NCBI GenBank assembly: GCA_951406725.2
Contig: CATOCA020000003.1
Location: 248,001 to 312,000, forward strand
DNA from: Octopus vulgaris
Lineage: Eukaryota
DNA: 64,000 bases
Direction: 5' to 3'
Shown here: piece after piece, positions 25,800 through 38,610 of the stretch
Layout: each line of letters opens with the position of its first letter
Numbering within the stretch: position 1 is the stretch's first letter
Translations under genes and position numbers: made by a program
Notes under the pieces: generated by a model
What the model saw: the letters and a program-made list of their open reading frames with translations, nothing else
What the model was told of the DNA's origin: nothing
Database searches by the model: none

Positions 25800-26510
25800 A
25801 TATTACCAGTATAATAGAAGGGACTACCAGTATAAGAGATTACTGGTATAAGAGAAGGGATTTCCAGTACTGGTGGTGGGAAAGGGTGGGTGCATCATGG
25901 ATAAGAAATGGAAGAAATGGTTAGCTCTGCCCCAAGAAAATCAAAATAGCAGCAAAGTGCAATAGTTCACTATTGCAAAGAATGATAGAAACACATGAGA
26001 ATTATGTCAACTATTTAAAGGGGTACAATTCTAGAAGTTATTAGAGCTTAGCGGCCGGCCATATTGCGTTATGATATGATGGTGTCAAATAGCAGAGCAA
26101 GATGAGAAGGTTTCAGAGAAACCATGTGTGAAGAGGGGTTTTATATAACCTACAGCCAAAAGTGGTCAAATATGTGGCTGGCTTTGCCACAAGAAAATCA
26201 AAATAGCAGCAAAGGACAATAGTGAAATGGAAGAAATGGCTAGATTCGCCAAAAGAAAATCGAAATAGCAGCAAAGGGCAATAGTGATGCAAAGAATGAT
26301 GGAAACACATGAGAATTATGTCAACTATTTAAGGGGGTACAATTCTAGAAGTTATTAGAGAAAGTAATGAATTACAGGTTATGAAGTTATTTTAACTCAA
26401 AAATGTTAGCATGTTAGTAATACATATTAAATGAATTGAAAGAATAATGAATGATTAAAAACTAGAGAAGTTTCTTAGCTTAGCGGCTGGACAAAAATTA
26501 TCTAGAAGAT
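25800..26510. repeat. Internally repetitive element (~300-bp and shorter tandem subunits), unclassified
   Basis: Block GAAATGGAAGAAATGG...AAATAGCAGCAAAG...TTCTAGAAGTTATTAGAG occurs at ~25905-26046 and ~26224-26360. Short ACCAGTATAA repeats at 25800-25870. Confidence 0.7.
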
Positions 26511-26924
26511 ACTATTTAATTCACTCCATAACGTTTACTACAAACTTTATGCATTGGCCTCAGATTTCATTTTCTTCTCACTCAGATCTAAGTAATCCTG
26601 TACCAAATCATTTTCACTTAGCTTCCTCCTGGCATTACTATAATTGAACTGAGTGAATTAATGAGATACTGAAGACCATTCAATAATTTAGTGGGGATGA
26701 GGGTATCTTGTATTCCTACTTCAAATTTTTTGAGTGGGAAACAGTTATTTCCTGGTTACACACATAAAATACAGGACTTGAGTTGCATAGCAACATTCTA
26801 AATTCTTTGTCAACTCCTCAAAAATGAATTTCTAAGCAAAATCACATACTGAAATATTATATAAAATATTATAAAAAACTATAGCCAAACTAACGATAAC
26901 GGTGGCGACGATGACAACAATGAC

Positions 26925-28172
26925 ATCATCATCATCTTTTAACCCATGCTAGCATGGGTTGGACGATTTGACTGAGGACTGGCGAACCAGATGGCTGCAC
27001 CAGGCTCCAATCTTGATTTGACAGAGTTTCTACAGCTGGATGCCCTTCCTAACGCCAACCACTCCTAGAGTGTAGTGGGTGCTTTTACATGCCACCAACA
27101 CAAGAGCCAGTCAGATGGTACTGGCAATGGTCATGGAAAATCGTGTTTTTTTTTTACATGTCACCTGCAAGATGCTGGTAACGATCATGCTTGAATGGTG
27201 CTTTTTACGTGCCATTGGCACGAACGCCAGTTAGCCACTCTGGCAATGATCACGCTCAGATGGTGCTCTTAGTTCTCCACTAGCACAGATGCCAGTCATC
27301 GAATTTGATTTCGATTCCGATTTCACTTGCCTCAACAGGTCTTCGCAAGCAGTGTCCAATGAAGGAAAAGTACGCATAAGTGGGCTGGTTACACCCCTGG
27401 CTTAGGCCACAAGGTTATGGTCTCACTCGGCTTGCCAGGTCTTCTCAAGCACAGCATATTTCCAAAATTCTCGGTCACTGGTCATTGCCTTGGTGAGGCC
27501 TAATGTTCGAAGGTCGTGCTTCACCACTTCATCCCAGGTCTTCCTCTTCCACAGGTTCCCTCAACCGCTAGGGTGTGGCACTTTTTCACACAGCTATCCT
27601 CATCCATTCTCACCACATGACCATACCAGCGCAGTCGTCTCTATTGTTCACTACATCTGATGCTTCTTAGGTCTATCTTTTCTTTTAAGGTACTTACACT
27701 CTGTCAAGTATGCACACTGACATTACACATCCATCAGATCATACTGGCTTCATTCCTTGCAAGCTTACACATGTCCTCAGCAGTTACAGCCCATGTTTCA
27801 CTGCCATGTAGCATGGCTGTTCGTACACATGTGTCATACAGTCTATCTTTTACTCTGAATGAGAGGCCCTTTGTCACCAGTAGAGGTAAGAGCTCTCTGA
27901 ACTTTGCCCAGGCTATTCTTATTCTAGCAGCTACACTTTCAGTGCACTCTCCCTGCTACTTACTTAGTCACCTAGGTAACGGATCCCTGGAATGTGGCGG
28001 AAGCTGTTCTTTGCCCATTTTCAGTGTTTATTGCTCCTGAGCCCATAGTTTTTGCCACATACAAAAACTATCTTCCCAGTTAGCCTTCCTTTGATATTGC
28101 TGCACCTCTTATGTGTCCATAGCTTACACTGGGTACATCTTATGGAGTTTCTACCTAAGCCTTTTCTACACC
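26925..28172 (-). mobile_element. 5'-truncated RTE LINE (PHD-finger family)
   Basis: CRKGLGRNSIRCTQCKLWTHKRCSNIKGRL..FVCGK, the shared 3' UTR, and an (ATC)n tail. Confidence 0.88.
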
Positions 28173-29029
28173 TGTACAGTGAAAATGAAAGGGTCAGTTC
28201 TATTAACAGGAACACATAAATCAAATAGTGTAGGGAATAAGGCTGGAATTTAACAAATGGCAGACATTTAATAGGAGGTAAGGAATGTTGCATGCACATG
28301 ACAGTTGTCTTCAGCTTCTGTCTACCAAGTTCACTCATAATGTACTGGTTGACCCACATCTAGCAAGAATGTCAGCTGACAACTTTTATGCAATGGGATC
28401 AATCCTAACTATGTGGTTCCAAAGTGAACTTATTACCTGCACAGCCATGCCTGCACCTAAAATAAACATTCACAGTTGATTTTTTTAATGAAAATCACAC
28501 ATACTGAGCATAACTAAAATCAAAACAAAATTGGCTGGGTGCAGAGTTTTTATAGTTGAAAGTTGAAAACCTGTAACAGGTTACAAAAAGTTTTCTTCGT
28601 GGAGTATTGTTCTAGCATTAGAATACTGCACCCAACACATATGCCAATATGAGACAGCATCCAAATCTTGGTAACTAAGCATATGTTCACATTTCCAAAC
28701 TACCAGTCCTATCTCCCTCTGTTATTATACTACAATGAGTTCTACTTTTCAGATCTTGATAACATTATATTTCCTTTCCTAAACTTCATTCACTCAATTG
28801 TCCTTTAAATAGTAAATAAGTATCTCACAGTACAAACACCTCTGTTAAATACTTTGTATTTCTGGGATTCTTTCTATGATCAAATTTTCTCTTCATCTAC
28901 CATACAACAAATAAAATTAAGCAACTCAAGTCATTAAGTAATCTAGTCTAAAAAGGACTGCCCTATCTTCTCAAATAAATAAATGAAATTATTATTTCAT
29001 GAAAAGTAATGTGCTTATGTTGTCATTGG

Positions 29030-31720
29030 CATCATCATCATCATTTTACATCTGCATTCAATAAAGGCATGGGTCAGACACTTTGTTATGATCTGAGTTA
29101 CTACCTATTGGGAGCTACAGCTCCCAAAGACTAGGTACTCATGTCATTTGACTTGGTTTCAATGGCTGGATGCCTTTTCTAACACCAATCACTTTACAGA
29201 GTGTAGAAGATGCATTTTTTTGTGGTATCAACACTAGAGAGGTTAAATGGTCCTTAGTAAGACAAGATTGAGGAACCTCATAACCTTACACTCTCTCTCC
29301 TCATTTAGCCAAACACTGTACAGTGGGAACAGTAGATGTGGCATGTACTTTGTATACAATAAATGTAAATTTGGAAAGGGAACAATGAGGACAGAAAATT
29401 CATGCATGGTTATTAGAGAAAAGGGGATAGAGATATAGGTGCAAACGTGGCTGCATGGTAAGAAGCTTGCTTCCAAACCACATGGTTCTGGGTTTAGTCC
29501 CACTGTGTGGTACCTTGGTTGAGTGTCTTTTACTATAGCTTCGGGCTGACCAAAGCCTTGTGAATGAATTTTGTAGATGGGAACTGTTGTGCGGATGTAT
29601 ATATATATATGTGTGTGTGTGCATGCATGTTTGTCTCTCCCCCCTCCATACTGCTTAACAACTGGTGTTTGTGTGTTTATGTCTCTGTAACTTAGCGTTT
29701 CAATAAAAGATGAAGATTGAGTACTCAATAAACTATGGTCATGTGTAGTTGTACAGGTGAATGAGGAGGGTAATTGAAATGAATGAACAGAATGGGTGGG
29801 AGGAGGGTGGAAGAAACAAGAGTATGATAGAAAGAAAACAAGGACATGTAGGGGTAGTCGAGGAGAGGAGTGATTGGCAAAAGCAGGTGCATAATGGGAG
29901 AGATGGGTATTAGATAAGAGTAAGCAGAGGTGGAGGGATGTGATAGACTTTAACAGAAGTGGACAAGTGGATATATTTATATATAGGTGACAGGCAAGAA
30001 TATGCAAGGGTAGCAATAAGGCTGGTTTGCAGCAGATAGAACAGCTTAGTAAATGTACTGGATGAGGGGTAAGATGATGACAGTGGCTTAATGCAATCTC
30101 CAGTACACAGGTCTGCTGAAGAGCAAATGGACAGAGTGATGAGGATGGCGCAGTCAACATAAGTAGTTGGGAGATGAGATGAAAGATGGAAGGCTATAAA
30201 TGATGAGATGGGTGAGAAGATAGGGTGAGCAATAAATATATGTAAGAGGTGGGGAATTAAGCATGTAAAGTGAAGTGGCAGCAAATGTAAGCCTGACAAA
30301 GTACAAGTATTGCCACTTCTAAACATTATCCTTGCATTAGAGTATGATCATTTGTCATCTCTAGGAGACGCATCTTCATGTAAGCCTTTCCCACTTCATT
30401 CCAAGCGTTTCTTAGTATCCTATTCTGTGGGTTCCACTAATTTGGAGTGCTTGGTACTGCCTTATACAGCAGTCATCAAGTTTTTCTCTCAGCTAATTTG
30501 TACTTAAGCATTCATGTATATTAGCATTACGCAGTTAACAGAACATGCCTCATTTCTTTCTAGCCATTGCAAGTCCCTTGTATTCAAGGCTCACATCTCA
30601 CTACTATGCAACATAGCAGTAGAAGGGAGATTGTATGATGCTTATGCATTGTACAGACTAGTCTTCCCTTTTGAAACAAAAGGCCTTTGTTGTCAGAAGT
30701 GGCAGTAGCTCTCTAAATTTTCTTATACTTTTAGAGCAACCACCTTCCTGTTAATTATATCACTTAGGAAACAAAAGTTATCAGCTACTTTCAGTAAACC
30801 AACTGGATATTTAAGGAAGTTTATTTACAGTGTGCTCTTAGTGCATATTGATCCTGTGCATCTGCCACAGACAATGTATGCATTTTCTGCTAATCTACCT
30901 GTGGTCCATAGTCTATTTGTAAATTAAGCAAAACCATTTCCCTTACAGTACCAAAGCCCTGTCTTCTTAGTCATTGTTAAACTTACTTTAAGGCTCCTAG
31001 ATTCCTGGTTTTGCTTCCATGTCTGAAATTTCATCTCTAATTTTATTATAAATTCAACTTTAAGAACCAGATCATCGGTATATAGGAGTTACATTGAGAA
31101 GTCAGTCTTGAATTCCTCTGTGATAGCCTGTAGGACTATGGTGAATAGGAGTGAGCCTTGATGGATCCCTACCTTCACACTAAATTCATTGCTGAATCTA
31201 TATTTGACTTTCACTTTACTTACTGCACCTTTGTATGCAGCTTGAATAGTGTCCAAGAGTCATTAAGCCATTTATGTACACCTTGTTTCCTTACAGACCA
31301 CCAGATTGCAGAGTGTGACACTGTCAAAGAATGCCAGATGCAACACTTAGCTAAGTATTTCTCCTGTAATTGTCTTACCCAGAAGATTGCATCTGAGGTA
31401 TCTCTTTGGGTGTGAAGCTGAACTGTATTTCATCTAACTAATTCCATCTCCGATGAATTGTGCTATTACTATCCCTGTGACTTTCATGAACCAATCCAGC
31501 AATTTGATACCTCTGTAATTTCCTCTTTATAGAGTGTCCTTTTTGTTTTTGTAGAAGTTTACAATGACACTGCTACACCAGTCATCAGATATAATAGCTT
31601 CCTGTATTTTGTGATCAACAATGAAGTATCATATCTCATCATATATTTTGCACATTTCAGTGACTATCTAAGATAGGCAAGTAACTTACTCCACCTTCAT
31701 ATTCTTAATTGCTTTATTTG
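29030..31720 (-). mobile_element. Older decayed RTE LINE copy interrupted by a SINE (~29438-29720, +)
   Basis: RT remnants (LLYTDDL, RGIKLLD) and the 3' motif CTGGATGCC..CTAACACCAA. The SINE head is GGTGCAAACGTGGCTGCATGGTAAGAAGCTTGC. Confidence 0.7.
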
Positions 31721-33284
31721 CTAGTGTCATTCCACTACCACATCATCTTTGATTTGGACCATGCACCAACCACACATCTGGTCTATGACCTTAAGTTATC
31801 TTGTTGGATCTCTCAGTTGTCATTTATGTTATAAGAATCTAATCCCTTCTGCATACAGTTATATGCATCACTATGAAGGGTTTTGGTATTTACAATGACC
31901 TATCTATCATTTCCATGTGAGAATGAAATCTCTCCAACTTGCATGCTTACCATGAGTGGTAGGTGATGAGAAGGCTGGCTGCAGTCAAAGATGTGTTGTC
32001 ATGATTGCTGATTCCTGGGACTGCATCAAGCTATCAACAGTCACAGTGTGTTGGTACAATGTCTTGTGAGTTGGAGCCATGACATTGATTAAGTGGTAAC
32101 TACTGAAATTATTAATAACTGCTATCAGCTGGTATTAAAAAACCTCTTTTAAGGTAAGAGATTGACACTTGGGTAAATTGCGACAATGAAATCGGAACAG
32201 AGATACTCAGATTGTGAACATAGTCACAGAACAACAACAGGCTACAAATGTTGTTGGCAAAAACAAAGAAACACAAGCACCTCAAGCAACAGTGTCTAGA
32301 TATGATTTATGCAAAATAACGATTACCCACCGACTCAGTACACCTTATTTACATGAACCCAGCGTCTTCCTGTGAACTCATTGTGCATGTACATAAATGT
32401 ATTTAAGGTTTCCTAGAATTTTTGTCTCCATATTATTGTTGTAACATGACATCATTAGTAACATATGAAATTTACAACAATATCCAGTGTTTCCACATAT
32501 TTGATTGAATGAAATAAAACCTCTCTGTTTGTAATTATGTTTGGTATGGTAACATTGATTTATTTTCATATCAGTTATCTGATCAAAATATTCCCTGCCT
32601 GTCTGATTCAGATAATTGAGTTTGTACAGTATTGCAAATTGTTAGAACAGTTGCATCATAGAACTCCAGGAATACACACAAACATATACTTATAAGCATA
32701 GCATAATTATTTACCACTACTTTCAAGTTTTACATGTATGGTACATAGGGCAAGTGTCTGCTGTGTAAACTTGGGCTGACCAATGCTTTGTGAATAAAAT
32801 TGATAGAAGGAAATTATATGGAAACCCATCATGTACATACATGTATCTATATATACCAAAGAGGAAGTTTGTTCACAACAGGAAACCAAATATCTTAATT
32901 TATAAACTTAAAAACAGCTTGTAATAACTAGCTCTTTATGAAGAATTTAATGCTGTCATTTATTTTGCATTTTGTGCAGAATTTAATTATGAAATTGACA
33001 ATTAATAATTATTATTAATAAAATATATATGTAATGTATATATGTAAATAAATTATTAAAATTTTCTCCCTTAGATTATAGAATTCATAATTTTCTTCAA
33101 AACAATGTAAACAAAATAGCATGATTTAGGTAGTTTTAGATGGACAATGAAATTACAATTTAATGAAAAGAAATGATTTAAATCAAACAATATTGTTATA
33201 TCTTCTTTTTAATGCACTTTTTATGTTTTCTCACAAATAATATAGCTTTCTCCAGTTCATATGGTTATCTATTAAAATGAAGTT

Positions 33285-33650
33285 GTTAACTATCCAACAG
33301 AGTTTCTAAATTCTTTGGAACCTACAAATACAACTCCTATAATGCTTCAAAGTAATTTGGTTCAGCATAAGCTTTGCAAAAGTACCAGATTAATAATAAA
33401 AGCATTAGTCTGGTACCATTGCATTACAATCTCATGTCAAGCAGAAGACACTTTTATTTCTAGGATACCATTTCAGTTAAAGCACTTAAAATTTTCAGTA
33501 AAAAAAATGTCTTGTCACATTGATCAACAAACTGCAGGGATAAACACTGAAAGTTGTTGACCCACAATTACAAGAAGTTTGCATCACCCATGGTCAGCTG
33601 CATGTAAGTTGCTGTAGTATAGGAACAGTCTCCAATATCTATGTATACTT
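33285..33650 (+). mobile_element. Helitron PIF1-like helicase C-terminal remnant
   Basis: NYPTEFLNSLEP..TPIML..NL..KLCKSTRLII..FISRIPFQLKHLKFSV..INKLQG*TLKVV..THGQLHVSC, matching the Helitron helicase motifs YPTEFLNSL, KLCNGTRL, INKSQGQ and HGQLYV. Confidence 0.8.
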
Positions 33651-34050
33651 TCCTTTGGGGAAAATATGCAATGTTGTGTATAAAGAATAGTAATCAAACA
33701 AAAATTTATTTGAAATTGAAATCTTTGTTTGATTACACATTTGGTAATTTCTCTCTTCACAGCTTTAGCTTACATAAAGCCAAGATCATGAAAATTGCAG
33801 TAATATCAGTGCTGAGCAGTGTTTAGGTATAAGTGAACTTTAGGTTAGCTAAGATATGTCTGCAAATCAATCAATATTGTTGACTGTATTTTAGTTAAAG
33901 CCATGGCTTTGATTAGGTCTGTACAGAGTTGCTTCTCTTTGGTATTTCCCACTGATAAGGGCTAAAGAGCTGGAAACATTGATGTCTGGGAATCTGACAG
34001 TTGACAAGAATGGAGAGATACAATGCTCTCATACCTTTTTACCATAAGAG

Positions 34051-34126
34051 AATTTTTCTCCATAGTAACTGCAGTGAATTTTCCTCTAGCAGTGGAAATG
34101 TCATAAACATATTTTAACTAAGCTAA

Positions 34127-34176
<50 letters not shown>

Positions 34177-34472
34177 TTAGGTTAGTTAAAATATGTTTAT
34201 GACATTTCCACTGCTAGAGGAAAATTCACTATATATATTATATATATATACTCTTTTACTCTTTTACTTGTTTCAGTCATTTGACTGCGGCCATGCTGGA
34301 GCACCGCCTTTAATCGAGCAACTCGACCCCGGGACTTATTCTTTTGTAAGCCCAGTACTTATTGTATCGGTCTCTTTTGCCGAACCGCTAAGTAAGGGGG
34401 ACATAAACACACCAGCATCGGTTGTCAAGCAATGCTAGGGGGACAAACACAGACACACAAAGACACACACGC

Positions 34473-34503
<31 letters not shown>

Positions 34504-34762
34504 TACGACGGGCTTCTTTCAGTTTCTGTCTACCAAATCCACTCACAAGGCTTTGGTCGGCCCGAGGCTATAGTAGAAGACACTTACCCAAGGTGCCACG
34601 CAGTGGGACTGAACCCGGAACCATGTGGCTGGTAAACAAGCTACTTACCACACAGCCACTCCTGTGCCTATATATATATATAAACTTTAGGTTAGTTAAA
34701 ATATGTTTATGACATTTCCACTGCTAGAGGAAAATTCACTGCAGTTACTATGGAGAAAAATT
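34051..34762. repeat. Inverted duplications of flanking DNA around (TA)n tracts
   Basis: 34051-34132 reappears reverse-complemented at 34171-34230 (partial) and 34681-34762. Confidence 0.9.
34251..34668 (-). mobile_element. Octopus-type tRNA-derived SINE
   Basis: Reverse complement of the 38611-39019 copy, with tRNA-like A/B boxes, CORE-like ACCTTGGG.AAGT, internal (TA)/(TG)n and an (AGTAAAAG)n tail. Confidence 0.9.
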
Positions 34763-34793
34763 ATCGAGGCAATCAAAATATTTTGATTGCCTC

Positions 34794-34855
34794 AGTAACT
34801 GATGAGATGCCGGTGCAGGTTTCCGCCCCGACATCTGAAACTCAGAGTTTTATTA
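34794..34855 (+). ncRNA. Minimal hammerhead ribozyme motif
   Basis: AGTAA-CTGATGA-GATGCCGG...CCGACATCT-GAAA-CTC-A-GAG-TT-TTATT. Stems I-III can be drawn. Confidence 0.65.
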
Positions 34856-36199
34856 TGACAACCGAATAATTGTCACATATTATATTACAGATAGATATAT
34901 ATATACACACACACACACATACATACATATATACATGCATCATTATCATCATCATTTTATGTCCATTTATCATACTGGCATGGGTATGATGATTTGACAG
35001 GAATCAATGCATTGGAAGATCTATATCTTGCTCCAATGTATCATTTTTGGTATGGTTCCTATGTAAACAGAGTTTACAGGTGCATTTTTTCATGGTATTA
35101 GCAGAACAGAAGTTGCCTTGTCATTAGTATTACTAAAGGGCTCAAAGAAGCCCTGTGTTATTGTTGCACAGATTGATTAACAATCACTTATAAAAGCGAT
35201 CAATGGAACAGGTATACTGTTGTGAGAAGATGGTAATGGAGAGGATAACAGAATGAACAGACAAGGGAGAGGGGAAGGCGAAGGATAACTTTGGAAATAG
35301 TGTGACGGGGCCAGCAGATAGAGTGGTAATGGTGATGGGATGAGTCAGTCTGCTTGCATTCTAACATGGGTTGGCTGGTTCATCAGTGTCCAAGATAGTA
35401 TTTATTGGAGTAACACAGGTTTATTGTTGAGAGAGGGTAATGGAGAAGAGGATAAAAGGAAGTAAACAGTAGAGTCAGGGGGTTAGTAAGAGAGGAAGGT
35501 GGGGAAGATGGAGTGGGTGATGAAGTGCTATCCTATATTACACAAAAGTGGGTAAAGTGGTGCATGGAGAGGAGATAATATGGTAATGAGGGACAACGGC
35601 TATTCCTAAAGCACTCTCAGTGTATCTGTATCATATGATATAAAATTAAATTTTTTCATTCACTTTAACATGTGTTTTTCTCCATGTTGGCATAGGAGTA
35701 GATAGCATTTATTTTAAGTATGATTTCATGACTGGAGGCTCTTTGACCAACTCTTGCTTTTCAAGTAAGGGATATTTTTATTCCACAGGTCTTCAAAAGC
35801 ATAGAGTGACCAATTAGAATGTCAACAAAGAGTGTAAACTTCAGGACTGTTTATTTAAGTGGTGACAAATGTAGAACAGATAAACATTGATGCACATTTT
35901 TATGTGTGCTATCACACACATAAAGATATGGTGGACTTCCTGAAGTATCCATCTACCAAATTCCTTCACAAGGCATTGGTTGGCTCAGAGTTATGGTAGA
36001 AGACACTTGCAATAAGACTAAACATAAAACCATGTGGTTGTAAAGTGAACTTCGTACCACACAGACATGTCTGTGCCTATAACCACATACTATATCACTG
36101 TATCAACTAAAGTATCTTTCTTAATTATGCTTTTGTTTTCCCTCTTGGTCAAATTGCTTAATTATTTTCCCATCATTGCAAAAGACTTCCAAGGTCTTT

Positions 36200-36950
36200 T
36201 TTCATGGGTCCACTTGTCTGTGAACCTTGCAACATGTCTGGCCTAACAAAACCTGTGCTTTCAGTATTCTATGATCCTGTCATTCACTCCACTTCATTTT
36301 CAAATTATTTCATTTTGGATATGCCCTTGCAATGATATTCCTATGATGGAACATTGTATTGTAGCCAATCAATGTTCTCCCCTCTTTGTAGTAGCCCATG
36401 TCTCACTTTTGTATAAGAGCACAGGTAGGATGGAGCTATTGAAGAGACTGGCATGTGGGGTTTTGGCCAGCTTTACTTTTGAGCATATCTGTTACTGAGG
36501 TAAGCACCTTCCATCCTACCCTTATTTTACATGAGATATTCACTGTGTACCCCACTGTGTACTCCTTTACCTTTTCTATTTCAATATTTCCCACCTCTAT
36601 TTGGCTTTGGGCTACATTTTCAGATTGTAGTTCATTTTAAGACATATGGCCTAGTTCAGTCAGCATAGTCTGCAGCAGATCTGTAAATTGGAGATGTGTT
36701 ACTAGTTTGCCATTCATATTCATGTCTAGTCAATGTCTCTGATCATCATTTCTAGATATGCTGTGAAGTGCTTTAGAGAGATGGTATCTCCTTGTTTGAT
36801 GACCTCAGCTGGAACTATTACTGGTGGCAATAGCAGAGCTTATATCACTGGTGCCTCTAGAGCTTGCATCCCTGAGCAGCTCCTTGCATTTCCAGAGATT
36901 TCAGCTTTGCATTTGTTGACCACAAAAAAGCCTTTTCATACATGACAAAA
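36200..36950 (-). mobile_element. Decayed RTE-like LINE remnant
   Basis: Minus strand reads SSILPVLLYKSETWAT, plus KQGDTIS-like RT motifs. Confidence 0.55.
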
Positions 36951-37262
36951 ATGTTGTATAGAGGCATGCTATATATACATATATATTTCTTAAATAAGTT
37001 AAGCCTATTACATATATATATAATATATATAAGGATAAGATTGTTAATTTAAATAAAATATCGATCTTATCAAGTGGCCAGCATGGAAATAAAAACCTTC
37101 AAAGGTAATAATTATTATTAAAATTTTAATTTAGGGTATCTACGAGATACTGCCATGCTGAAAATAGCAGCCAAAATCTGACTAAAACCACATTAAATGT
37201 TCATACACCACAAGGAGAGAAGACAAAAAGACAAAATAAAACTAGCAAAAAATTACTGGATA

Positions 37263-37321
37263 ATTCCAGATCCTGGATTTCTGGATTTGCATTAAGAAAT
37301 GCTTTGCCTCATCAGTGGAAT
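37263..37321 (-). ncRNA. Minimal hammerhead ribozyme motif within a short pseudo-LTR-like element (~37030-37340)
   Basis: Minus strand: ATTCCA-CTGATGA-GGC..GCATT/AATGC..-GAAA-TCC-A-GGA-TC-TGGAAT, with a perfect 6-bp stem I and an AUC triplet. Confidence 0.7.
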
Positions 37322-37485
37322 ATATGCAGAAAGTAACATAAATACATATATATATATATATACATATAACATATGAATACCTACATATACGAATGTATAC
37401 ATACATATATATGCACGTATGCAACACGACCAGTTTAAATTGCCCGCTTCATAACTCCTCATGCAAATTTTAATATATATATATA

Positions 37486-37518
<33 letters not shown>

Positions 37519-37689
37519 TTTTTTTCTTAAATAAGTTAAATAAGTTTGATGATGGCTTAACAGAGTGAAACTTCAAAGTCACTGTCAACAACATTCTTGC
37601 TTAAAAACAATAATTTGTACTCTACAATTAGATTAATGAAAAATTGTTTTTACTATAACTGAACATAAAAACAAACATTAATATCTGTA

Positions 37690-37965
37690 AAAGTGTGTGG
37701 CCTACTGGTCTGGATGTTGTACTTATGATTGCTAGATCATAGGTTCAGTTCTGGGACTGAGTGGTGTGTTGTTCTTCATTAAAACACTTCATTTCATGTG
37801 CTCTGCAATCATTCCAACATTTGATGTGCAGTACACTTGTGCACCTGCACTGCTAATGTTCATTTGATGGAGGGAGTGAGCTAATGTACAGCACATACAT
37901 TTGATCACCATAAACAAATCATTTGTGTAGGCCATTCAGTAAAAACTAAACACTCATATGGTGTC
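37690..37965 (+). mobile_element. Old tRNA-derived SINE (different family)
   Basis: GTGTGGCCTACTGGT...GGTTCAGTTCTGG A/B-box-like head followed by a CORE-like AAAACACTTCATTTCA. Confidence 0.5.
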
Positions 37966-37994
37966 TTTGATATATATATATATGTCTATATATA

Positions 37995-38590
37995 TAATAA
38001 TTATTATTTGAGGGAATAAAATCCAAACTTACAAGGAAAAAAATTCAATTTAGAAATACTAAATCAAATTTCACACAATATAATATATATATAAAAAATT
38101 AGAAAAAACCCCACCTTTTATCAATTCAAAATGAACAATTAAATTACACCATCTAGAAAATGACATATAATAGAAAAATTAAAATTAAAATAACAATAAA
38201 ATGTCAAAGATTAAGTAAATTGCAAAAAATAATAATAAAAACGTATACAATAGGTAGAAAAACGACACGTGTTTCGTGGCTATATTTAAGAAATGATTAT
38301 AGTAGTAGAGAAATCACTTTGATATAAATATAGTCACTCATCAGGTTAAAAATAAACTAGAACAATAAAATAATTAATTAATATATATATATATATATGA
38401 AAATCCTAAATATACATAAGTGAAAAATAAAATAATACTTAAATAATTAAATACTTTAAAATTAAATAAAATACACAATCTTTGACATTTTATTTTAACT
38501 TAAATTTTTCTATTATATGTAATTTTCTAGATGGTGTAATTTAATTGTTTATTTTGAATTGATAAAAGGTGTTTTTTTTCTAATTTTATA
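37995..38590 (-). mobile_element. AT-rich non-coding pseudo-LTR-like element with an inverted arm, bounded by (TA)n
   Basis: ~38095-38212 is the reverse complement of ~38478-38588, and the two arms flank a hammerhead motif. Confidence 0.7.
38261..38347 (-). ncRNA. Minimal hammerhead ribozyme motif
   Basis: Minus strand: AAC-CTGATGA-GTGACTATATTT...AAATATAGCCAC-GAAAC-ACGT-GTC-GTT, with a canonical core, GUC triplet and palindromic stem III ACACGTGT. Confidence 0.82.
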
Positions 38591-38610
38591 TATATATATA
38601 TATATATATA

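Noticed and set aside
29243-30160. 305-aa minus-strand ORF
   Set aside because: It spans LINE 3' UTR and SINE sequence with low-complexity composition, and has no protein motifs or splice support.
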